From Klebsormidium nitens (Eukaryota; Plantae; Klebsormidiophyceae), in assembly GCA_000708835.1 (NCBI GenBank), contig DF236955.1, positions 248,001-312,000 of the forward strand: a stretch of 64,000 nt of DNA. The letters run 5' to 3'. Every line of letters starts with the position of its first letter. Positions within the stretch are counted from its first letter, which is position 1. The translations under genes were made by a program, and so were the position numbers. Below, piece by piece: positions 1 through 11,000 of the stretch. The notes beneath the pieces are model-generated. The model did no database searches and was not told the DNA's origin. It saw only the letters and a list, made by a program, of their open reading frames with translations.

Positions 1-3000
1 TTTGAGCAAGTATGTCTCTCTAGCACAAACTGTGCGTATTTCAACACTGGTGCACGAGCAAGGAACATCAGCGCATACCGTGTTTGGACTTCGTAAAACG
101 ATACGAGAGAAAGCAATCAAAACCAGACAAGGATGCTAAGCTGGCCATCAAAGATGGACCACGGCAGGCTGAAATGATGTATGCACACCTCAAGCCCGTC
201 GTCCTCGTCGTTTTCTTCGGCAGCTTGACGCGCCCTGGTAGCTCTAGCCCGTCCAGCAGCCGCTGCGTTAGGGAGATCTCGGTACGCGTTCCGGCACTCG
301 CGAACCTGAGGAAAACGGAAAAGCTTCGGTGTCAAGAGGGCCCGCCCGCTGCTTTGATTTTAAAACGATTCATCTACCAGCTATTATTCGACCCGTGCAA
401 AAGGGAAAAGTTAACCTGAAGTTGTGAGGCACGCACAAGGAGTAACGATACGTACCTTGAACTCTAAAGCTTGCAGCTCGTAAGACTCCATGCTCTGGGC
501 ATAGACTGGAAAGGTGTTCTCAATGAGCTCCATCAGAATCTTCTTCGGTGGGGAGACGAACTCGTCCTGTTCGCTTCCAAGTTCCTGCAGCCACAAGTTT
601 TGTTCGCTTTTCTCAACTACGGGTCGAAGCACGGCGTTGGCCATCAGTTGAGTTCACAGAAAACTTCAAAAATCTTGCGAAAGATGTCGGTTGTTCAAAG
701 TGCTTCAAGTGGGCCAAAAGCAGCAGAATTACATCCCAGACACTCATCAAGGAGTCAGTCTGAAAAGCAGATTTCCGTAGAGCTTTCCAGCAGAATTCGT
801 CCAACCCTTACCTCTTGCTGTCTTGTCATCGCCGCCTCTCCTGTTGACTGCAGACCGACCTGAACCAGATACCGCGTGAAGTTTAGCACGGAAAATTCTG
901 AATGACCTCTCGGAATTAGGCAGAGCACATGACCAATCAGCAGCCAGATGACAATCGCCGCTGTTCCCAAATAGTCTGTGCTTTGAAAGCATCTGCCAAA
1001 CTAAAGATTGACAGTGCAGCGTCAAACACCTGACGACAATCGAAAATAAACGATCGCTTACCACGACTGCCATGTTGTCTTCTTCCACAGCTTTCTGGGC
1101 GATCGCAGCGAGTTCAGGTATTTTTGCAGCAATCAGCATCTGCAAAAATTTGACAGCTTTTCGTAAAAAGGGCCAGATCCGATAAGAATGAAAGTGCTTT
1201 CGTGGCTGGGCAGGCCTCTCTGGCTTCATAAGCAGATAACGGACTGACAGGGTCCTCTTTGCCAGGAAACTGGAAGCTCACCTGCCGAAAGAACCGCATA
1301 TGCTCCGACCAGAACTTCGCCCAGCTGTGTTTTGGAACGTTGGCCCCTGCAGCCTTGGCGGACTTCATCGTCCTGAACAAGAGCTGCCAAAAGCCTGCAG
1401 CCCTGCACAGGAAAACCAAGGAGATACTTTCAACGAATCTGAAGTGCATAACAAAAGAAGATCATATAGACGATTCTGAAGGTCCAATCGTATTAGAGGC
1501 GAATTAAAGAGGAGCAAACTAAAGGGAGTTGAAAGGGCCAGAGACTTTCCTGCGGTCTGCTTACGAACTGAAAAGCGGACCAGCGACTGTGGATCGGGCT
1601 GATCCGAACTGAAGAGCCAAGCATGCCATCTCTTACCTGTCGTACATCACTTCCAGGTCAGGGGGTATGTTGACGTCAGCAACCTCAAACTCTGTTACAA
1701 GAGAGGAACATGCAAGTAAGACAGGCTGTCTGTGTGAAGCAACTTGCAGATCGGAAGAAATTCGACCACAATAAACATTCCAAAATGCAACAACACAAGC
1801 AGAAATTCAGTGGATTCAGCACATTCAGAGTGAGGGGCTCACCAGCGCCGTCGTAGCTCAGAGTTCGATTGACATAAGCTCCCAGTGCCTTGAGCCCCAT
1901 CGAAAACATCTGCAGACGTAGGAGGTCATCAAAAAATTCCTTGGCTCATCTTTCACCCAATGTTCTTGTGATAGCTCGTTCTGAAAAGAAACGTCCTTTT
2001 CCCTCCTAAGATTCATACGACCCTGATTTGACCATTCGAAACACAGTCGTACCTCCATGGCTCCGAAACCAGCCCTCTTGATCGTATCCAAGAAATCGGG
2101 AAAATCTGCAGGCACAAAGAGACTTTGTGTCAAGGGAATCAAGAATGAAATGTGGAGAAGCCGGCTATTTCAACTGCCTTGGGTTCTCATTGGGCAGGAT
2201 GTCAGAATGATGCAATGCTCAGGGAGACGAAAATCGAGGGACTTACCCGAAAACCCCCTCATCATGTCAAGCCGCACCATGTACCCTGCAGAAATCCGTG
2301 AATAGAGTGGTGAAGACAGACGATTGAAAATCTTGGTGTTAAACATAGACGTTTGACGAATTACATCCAATTGAAGCAGTACGGCGGTTGACCAGCCACC
2401 CTAATTGTTATAAAAGCCTACTTTACACAAACGGATCTTTCGGCTCACCCAAGTTCTCTGGCTCGGATGCCCCTGTGGCCGACACATATAGGATGCGGGC
2501 ACTGGGCAGTGCATTCTGGAGCGCCACAACTGCCAGTGCCGTCTTTGTTGGCTTCCCTGCATCATGAATTATGCCACGTATTACCTACTAGCGAAGGCAG
2601 ACTTTTTGGTGCCAAGAGGGATAGCATATTGCCGTTTGGAGAAAAGGAGGTGCAAGCGAGGCAGGATCGTTTCAAAAGAGGGGATAAAACCTGTTTTGCA
2701 AAGAGGAAAAGGTACACACCGTTTTTGGGGACGAGGTGCTTTGACTTGTGTGATTCATCAAGTACAATCCTGCAAGGGAAATGCGCGTGAGGACAAGCCA
2801 AGCTAACCTTGGCTAGGCAGCTTGAAGCAAAGGCTGAGGATAAGAACTGGCTTCCAGATGCTGTCTTCATTAAGCAATCTGATGATTCCAAGCAGAGCAA
2901 TGAAAGTAGGGCATAGAAGAGCTAAGATCATAGGGAGTCCATCGCAATGAGTCACTTACAAAGGTCCGGCCTCCTCATGCGTTTCATTGCCCATGAGCCA

Positions 3001-5047
3001 CTCCACAATCTGCTCTCGTCGTGAACTGGCGATGCCATCGCTTGAGACAAGCAAACTGTATGTCACGAACTGCAGAAAATCGCACAGAATATTCACCCTG
3101 TCAGAAGAAATGCTATGTACCTCCTGTCTTGACGGCAAATTAAGGCTGACTTATTCCTTATGACGCAATAGTTGAAAATTGCTCTTATCATGGCAGGCGT
3201 GCTATGGAGAGGTAGGGGACGTGATTTTGCAACTCGCAAAACCGAAGGATACGGCCTACTGTTAGGGATCGTGATGTCTTACCAGCACTCCATTCCCGAT
3301 GCCATTTGCGCTTAGCCTTAGGCTTGCCTTGGGTAGCACGCTTGTTCCTTCGGGGTATAGTCGGATGTTGAGGCCCAGATCTTCAAGGTCTCTGTATCAA
3401 ATCATTGCTGTGAGTTAGCCCCACAGCTATTCAACAGTGGCTTTGTTTTCTGGAGGCACAGGCAAGCGAGTAGCCTCCAAGGGAGACAACGCTGAGAGCT
3501 ATCAATTCTAACAGACTACTATTCGACATTGCAACAAGAACGATGAGGCCAACAAAATGGTAATCTACCTCTGCGCGTCCCATTTGAGATCAGTAGATGT
3601 GCTCGTCCATAGTACACGTCCTGAAGGTCCCACAATTCTCATGTACTCCGCAATGATGGCTGCTATTTGTCTGCCTTTGCCGACCCCGGCGCCGTCCCCT
3701 GAAGGAAAATGCATCAGAATGAAGCAACTACGGCTGTACAGAAGAGTATATCGAGTTTGGCCAGAATGCTGTCACATCGGCCGAATTATGTTCCAAGTCC
3801 GTTTGTTTTACATTTCAAACAAGATTCTACGATTCTATTTGTCCAAGCAGCCATTTGCTGCCTGCATATGAGAAAACTGGTGCCGACTGTTCAGGCGGAT
3901 CCCAATAGTTTATTCAGCATTTGGGATTGAGATGGAAGGCTTACCAATGAAGTACCCCTGACGATCTCCGTTGGCCAAGCGGGGAGCGTTTTCAAACTGC
4001 AAACATGCCAATGCTGTGTGCTGAGCTCTCGTGATGTAGATCCTGCTTAAGATGTGCAAAAATCAAAGTGGATAAAGCTTACTTGAGTAGGCACTTGAGG
4101 CGTCATGATGGGGTGAACGATCGAAGATAGATACGACAGAGATGCGGCAGTAAACATCAAGCCAGATCAGCATTGAAATAGCAAAACTGGCTCACCTTTT
4201 CAAAGGCATAGATAACAGACTCCAGTTGGAGAGAGCTGATGGAGCCCTCTGAAACTTGTTTCTGCAGACCATGCTTGTAAGTGAAATCCGGGGGCACAAC
4301 CTCTGCAAGTGATGCGGTTTCCACCACCTGCATCCATATGACAGTACAATACTTAACCATGCACAAGCTGGACAAGCACTTAGAAATAGTCACTGTCTAC
4401 GGTGAAGAAGCCTTCAAAAGCACGAGTAGATAGAACGGAAAGCACGCCCTTTGGAACAATCTTGTGACTTACGGGATCAGGATGCGGGATGCCTTCAGTG
4501 ACCTTCTGAGGAACATAGTTGGCATACAAATCATCTGCCTGGTCTGCCTCTGCTCCAGCGGAATCCTGTAAAAGCAGCGAAGGACAAGGGATGTAGCCAA
4601 GCAGAAGACTATCAGGGCAATTGTTGTCAGCAGTGACCCAGATAAAAATCACTCAAAGGCTTTGAAGCTGCATCAAGAGGCAGGTTAGAGGTGTATTTCT
4701 TTAGCAAAGTGCCGGAACAATACTCGAGCAGTCTGAACATCTGAAATTACATATTACATGATGAGAGGGTTGGGGTACATCTGTCTGTTTCATGACGATT
4801 GCTTTGTTGGTGATCTCACATCCACTGCCGACCGATGCGCCTCTGCCTGCTGCTGCTCAGAGGCTTCTGCATTGTCCCTGTCCATGGCTTTCTGCTGAGC
4901 CCGAGCCTTTTTGACTTGAGCACAAGCCATTGCTGCTGTTTGAGCGGCAGTCATGTTTGCCGCCGCCCTGGCAGCCGCCATCTGGGCTGTAAATACATTA
5001 CCAGCTGCTGCAAACCCTGCTTGAGAGCTTGTTCCAAAAGTACTCAT
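1..5047 (-). CDS. SBNO: Strawberry notch family SF2 helicase-like protein (FORGETTER1/SBNO-like), multi-exon, 3' part runs off the left edge; start codon uncertain
   Basis: Minus-strand exons encode [37 protein letters not shown]...[12 protein letters not shown], the P-loop [13 protein letters not shown] (~3650-3700), [53 protein letters not shown] and [16 protein letters not shown]. All are hallmark strawberry-notch motifs in the expected order, separated by GT-AG introns. The Met at 5047 (MSTFGTSS) is a guess. Confidence 0.92.
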
Positions 5048-5415
5048 TGCGCCTGTGATGGTCACGATGTGACCAACAGGAACGTAAACTTGCTGGTGGT
5101 GGTATGCTGGAAACCCTCTGGTCACTGAGCTTACGTTCCGTTGATTAGTCCAAAGCTCTTGTGCCTAAGGAGATCTACCTATGCCAAAAGACCACCGGCG
5201 ATATCTTGCCTGCAATCTGCACCCTTGAGCCTCCACTCTACAGTCTACGGTGGGCACTACCTATCGTCTAGCGTGACAGAGCTGACAAAGGACTGCACTT
5301 GGCCGCCAAGGAAGGTCAAAAGCAACTTGCCCGCAACTTGTCACTGCATGGGGTGTCGAACCGAACCTCCCGTCCAGTGGTTTTCGGTAGACAGTAGACT
5401 GTAGACAGTAGCAGG

Positions 5416-5500
5416 TCAATCAATCAATCAATTTATTTTATAGTCCCGTAGGAGCCATGGGTGGCTCATGAGACAGGTGACTCCGCACGATGCGTCACGG
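5416..5500 (-). mobile_element. 3' end remnant of a non-LTR retroelement (RTEX-like LINE fragment or SINE); 5' boundary unknown
   Basis: Minus strand reads AGCCA-CCCA-TGGCT-CC (hairpin), 10 nt, TAAAATAAA, then (TTGA)4. The hairpin and spacing match the 3' end of the LINE at 37171-37216. Confidence 0.55.
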
Positions 5501-6649
5501 CCGGCCCGGGGCAGCCGCTCGTGAGTCCAACATGAAGAAATCCCGAGTCAAGCAAAATTCGAATTGAACCACCAAAATTGGCGCCAAATTTCACAGTTTA
5601 GCGAATCGGTGCTGGCCACGTACCAAGTCAACTACACTGTTGACCGTCGATCACAATATTGTAGTCACTGGCTGCGATTATACCAATGCTATAGTGCTTG
5701 TTAAATAGAAGCCGTGACATCCGGATTTCTTGATCGGACGGTCGGCCTTGAGAACACTGACCTTCAGCACCTGCGTTCCAATGATATCCCTTCACTTTTT
5801 TTTTGTAGCTCGGTTTTTTTATTTTGTAAAAAACGAGCTCTCGCTTTTACCCGGGTAGTTTGGTTTTGGGATAAAGTGGCGCTCCAGACTGGGTCACTCA
5901 GTTAAGCCGATTTTATCCATCGAACGGTGCTTCTGGCGGAACTACGATCTGAAATCAGTCGACTTGGCTTTTCGACGGGTTTTGGAGTTCGATGCTTCAA
6001 AAATCTTTTTTGTTGGTGAACCTTTTTGGAACGTGACCGCCATACGTACGATAAAACCCTGCGATCATGCCCGCGTGCTAGCGCCCGCAGGGGACCGTCA
6101 CCCGGCCGCGTGCTTTGCATCTTCCTAGTATGAAAAGGTAGCCGTCCGATGGTATTGTGCCAATCGGTTGGATTACATATTCGCACGCGTGAAATTGGGC
6201 GTGGCTGCCTGCTTATGTCAGCACCGGGCAAAACTCTGTCGACTTGAGTACTCTAGAAGGTGGACCCGGTAGCAGGATTTATAGGACCTACGACGACGGT
6301 TGCTCTGTAAGCTATACTCACTACTAGTGGTCAGCTCCTTATGTCTACAGTACCGGTCAGTGGTCTTCGATAACTTAGATAAGACGGGTGCCCGGTAGAT
6401 TCTCATACGCTGGATAACCGGCCGGTCGTAAATCGGAGCAAACGGCAGCCGTCCGATTGTATTTTCCCACGCGTTTGAGACGCTTCGATTGAGTAATCTA
6501 ATACTTGCAATAATTTATTTATCAAATTTTGCGTCAATACGCTCAAAAATGGAAATCCCCCCCAAAAGAAAGAGCGTCAATAGGCGAAAACCGAGCATTC
6601 ACACCGCACAGCGGTTTAGCATTTTTTTTTTTTTTTGTACACACATATT

Positions 6650-7010
6650 CGAGCGCTATATCCTTTTACTCTTTCCGATGTCGAAACTAGGATACACCAT
6701 ACACATCATGTGGGCCTGAAATTCTCAGAAAAGGCCTTCCTGTACCTAGTCCTACCGTATGGTCTGAGCCCGGCTCTTAGCCAAGCCTCCAACATGGCAG
6801 GCCTTCATTTGTTGCCATGATATATACCTTTTTCCTCTAGGCAGGTCGCATTGCTGACGGCCACATGAGTATGCGATGGTTTCCTGTCAGTGTTACAGAT
6901 CTGTTTGTGTGGGACTGCAATGAGATCCTGACTTGGTGGACAAGTGGCTCTACGCAACCTTTCATGAGACGTAAGAAGTTTGGCCTGGTTGCAAACGAAT
7001 ACCATATTGG
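6650..7010 (+). mobile_element. Possible highly degenerate DIRS/Ty3-type reverse transcriptase remnant
   Basis: Across frames: FTLSDV / KLGY / HHVGL ... FLYLVLPYGLSPA ... KFGLVANE, resembling DLKSGYHHV...VLPFGLSTAP...GLVVN.EKS. No intact YxDD, frameshifts are present and spacing is imperfect. Confidence 0.3.
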
Positions 7011-8084
7011 CTTGCCAGCCTCTTCCTCTTAGGAAGAGAGTAACCATAGGAATAGCGATTTCGGCCGCTGTACGACGCCGCGGCGCGGGGCCCGCAAAAT
7101 GACTTGCTCGAGGTGCTTGGGTTGGCTTGGCTCGACGATAAAACGTACGGTACAAGCCGATTTTTTGTCCGGATAACGGTGCGACATTTGTTGGACTGGG
7201 GCCCCGCATGCGGCGCAGTTACACCTTACGAATCGAACAAATTGGTCCGAGCGGTCCATGGTGCAAGTCTTGAAGTTGGCCTTCGATCGTGCATGTCCGC
7301 GATACGACGTCGGAATTTCGCGCTTGATCGGTTGGCTGGTTTCACGACCAAGACATCTACACCGTAGAAACGAAGATTGCCATTCGATGCCACCTGCGAT
7401 TTACAACCGTTGATAGCGGTTGGAATCGAGGAAGAGGCAAGCCCTTGCCGTCGCACAGACGGCCGATCATGTATTCCTTCATTGCAAACAACGAACATGA
7501 TGAGCTTACGTCCAGCTGCGCAGCGACATTCAAACCGCGAGCCGATCAGTGATAGGTAGTATCCTTTTTATAACCTAGGATCCGCGTGCGCGTAATAAGG
7601 ATTTTATGTTGATATGGCGGCCGGGCCTTAGTTTAGCTATGCAAGGGCATGCACAGAAGTTCCACAACTTCTGTATTCTCTTGACTCCATCGCGTGTGTT
7701 GCAATTAAATCTGATGAGCTAGCGATTGCTAGCATCGCGCTAAGCTGATTCAATTTATATATGGGCATCGCTGTCAGTGGACCAGGCCACGCAGCACTCC
7801 TCGATCTCATGACACGGATGCGTCCTGGTTTGAGCTTTGACCGGAAAGATTTGCCGAAATGCAGCAAACACCATTTCTTGCAATCCAGTGCACAGGCTGG
7901 TAAGACCAAAGTAAGGTCTAATCCTTGTCGAAAAGCGCATGCACGTAGACGAATTCATGGAAGCCATGTATTGCAATCATCATGTTTGCTCGACGATCTC
8001 AAGAAACGCGGCGGTTAAGCGAGCAAACATTAGCGTCTGTAGCTTGGTCTCCAGACCCCTACGTCCACCAAACGGGCCCGACAC

Positions 8085-11000
8085 CTAGACAAAGTACGAT
8101 GCCGACGAGGTCAGATCCGCCAAGACGTCCAACTCTTCCTCGCTGAACTCCGTGCGGTGCAGCGTCCATGTGTCCGCATGCGTCCTCTTAAAGTCCCCAA
8201 ACGTCTTCGTCACCGTCGTGTTGATCGGGGACGGCTCGTGCACCGACTCGGCCAGCGTCATGAGCACTTTCGGGAGCCACTTCGGCACATCGTACGGGCT
8301 TGACAGCACGCATGCTGACAGACCGAGGATGGGACCGTGCCGCGCGGGAACGGACTCGAAGGGGGACGTTGCGCCGCCACCCGCGGCCTTCTTCTTTTTT
8401 GAGTTCTTGGAGTAGGCGTGCGCCTCCTTGGCGGCCGCGGTGCACCGCTCCCGGACGGAAGCAGCAAAGGACCCGTCGTCGCCCTTCAGCAGGCCGGTCA
8501 AAGTGGCCGCTGCCAGCTCTCGCACCTGGAGTAAAACGTTGAAATGCACGACTGTAGGAGACGTAGATTTGTGACGATTCTCTGCATTCAAGCTGTGCTT
8601 CTGATGTGGCATGCAGACGCCCCAACTATCCGACACGAAAAAGCCATAAAACTGCTCAGAAGATTGCCCAACCTTTTGGGTTACTGGATAAGTCGTCATG
8701 ACCGGGTGGTCGGCAAACCTCTCAGATGTCTCTTGTTCTTTGGCAGCGTACATTGTATAGCACAACATAGATACGCAGATCTCGTCGGAACGCCGCTGGC
8801 TTGCTTGCGCGGTATTTTGTCTGCAATATAGCCATGTTCGCCTCGTATTTTGTGCTAAGGACCCTTCGGTCACACATTCCTTGTTGTGAGCAGACATCCA
8901 TGCTCTTGAGCAGTCCATGGACGCAAGCCGCTATCAAAAAGAACCAGTTCCCACCTCCAGCTGCGAGTCCGCCAGCAGCTGCAGCACGGCCTCGCGCAGC
9001 CGGTGTGAATCCTCCGCCTCCAGCAGGAACGAGTGCCGGTACGCAAACGCCTGCAGGAACACCAGCGCCGCTGCGCGGGTGTGCCAGTTGGCAGCGCCGC
9101 AGGCGGCCACAATCTCCCGGGCGGTGCCCGGTAGGGACGAACCGGGCAGAGGGAGGTACTTGAGATAGGCCAGGGCCTGCTTGGCCAGGAGCGCGAAGTC
9201 CTGGTCGGAGACTTCCTGGACCGCCATGATGGGGTGTAGGAGGGGTACGATAGTGGGCGCCAGGCCCGCGGCGTCGCCGGACTTGACGGCGCTGATCACG
9301 AAGAAGAGGACCTGGAGGGGGAGAGGGGCCGTCAGGAGGCGGCAGCGGGATCACGAAGTGAGACTGAAAAGAAGGGCGGCAGGAAAGTAATGTGGGATTC
9401 ACAGGACCAGAGGGAAGGGGCGGGGAGACAGGGGCACCGAAGAAGGAAAGGAATGACATTATCGATCTGAATCATAGAGAAGCACGCAACGAGGAAGGGG
9501 TACAGCTCCTGAAGGTGGGTTCAGGCAAAGTCAGATAAGGCCTTCCCATGAGTCCGCATTAAGGCCTTCCGAATAAACCGCGCAAATCCGCGCACGAAAG
9601 GGCAGCAGCAAAAGCAGGAGCGCCGAGCCAATCCTTTGCTTCGAGCAGGTTATTGTAACAGGGAAGAAAGCCGCGGCTCCTCACCGTCTCCATCCAGCGG
9701 ACCGCCTCGTCGTGCTCGCCGCTCTCGCTTCCCCCGCTTATCTCTTGCACCTTGGCAACCGCGGCCGGCGCCTGCTCCACCAGGCTTTGCCGCAGCGCGG
9801 CCGCTCGTGCCTGTAGAGTCGGCCACGTGGCACCAGCGGGCGAGCCGGAAGCAGGCGACTGAGCCAGGTTCGCGAACAGCATGGCCAGCAGCCGCCCCAC
9901 GTTTTCTCGGACCTGCAGCCACCGTTGCGTGGTCGGTTTGATGGCTTCTCGCGGCTGCGATCTTAAGATGGGCATTTATCCCGGTGTCCATGGAAGCTCA
10001 ATTGTCGCTGCTAAGACGGGATACCACCGGTTGCAGATACAATGCGCAGCTCCCCCTACTCCCCCTGATAATCAAGAACGCCATCCCACTCCTTCTGACA
10101 ACTGTGGAGCCAGTCAACGTAGTTCGTCAGTTTGAAAGCCGTATACCAAATCATAAACTCCGTTATGAGACCCTCGCCAATCCGCGCAAACAACTGCGCC
10201 CCTTCCTTGCTTCCAACCGCACTCGCTGCCCAAACACCCACCTGCCGCGCCGGGTTGGCCATGCTCCCCTCCAGTTCCTCCAGCAGCGCCGCCTTGAACT
10301 GCAGCGCCGGGTCGTCCTCCCCCGCTTGCGTCAGCTCCGCCAGAACGGACCCCAGCAAGATCAGCCGCTTTGCCACCTGGCCGGAGGCAGCGGTCGAGGA
10401 GACGGGCTCCGCGGCGCACGCCAAGACCTCCGACCGCAGAGAAGGAGATTGATGTCCGCAGGGACCGTCGCCGGTAGCTGTGGAATCGGCGACAGGAGGA
10501 GGTTAGGGGGCAGCTTTACCGCAGGGAGTTAAGAACTGAGTCCATTGCTTGTTATGCTGTGAATCGTTTGGCCCATGCAGCTCATAAGGTGGACTTTGCG
10601 GACTAGTCGTACCCTTAATGCGGGAGCTATGACCAATTGCAAAATGCAACTCAATATGCATCCTAAACCAGGATATAGGTCCAGTGATGCCGACAGTCCC
10701 TCTTGACCTATGCGGCCCGCAAGTAGGGAGGCATTTTCTCAAGCGTGCAGTCCATGGTCGCAACCCGCTGGCCTTAACAGCAACCACTAAATGGACGACA
10801 ACGCGAGCTGCAACAATTTTCTCGTTGAGCCATTTCGGTATCACGACCGACGAATTCGTCCTTATTGGCGGTAATCTTTACCTCGATAGCACAGGCAGAT
10901 TGGAACACGGCTTGCAAGATCAGGATTCGTATCGTTTGCTGGTAGCGAAGACCCCTCAAATGCGAAAGATACATCCAATCAGGCACTCACCGACGTAGCG

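Noticed and set aside
5408-6276. GTAGCAGG at 5408 and 6269 as a TSD defining an 853-bp element
   Set aside because: A single 8-mer match over ~900 bp after trying several candidates, with no element-like 5' end; a 5-bp CAGGT alternative is equally weak.
8085-8096. PA200 C-terminus YFV rather than the YYA HbYX motif
   Set aside because: From memory, plant PA200 proteins end in YF-x, so this is not unusual.
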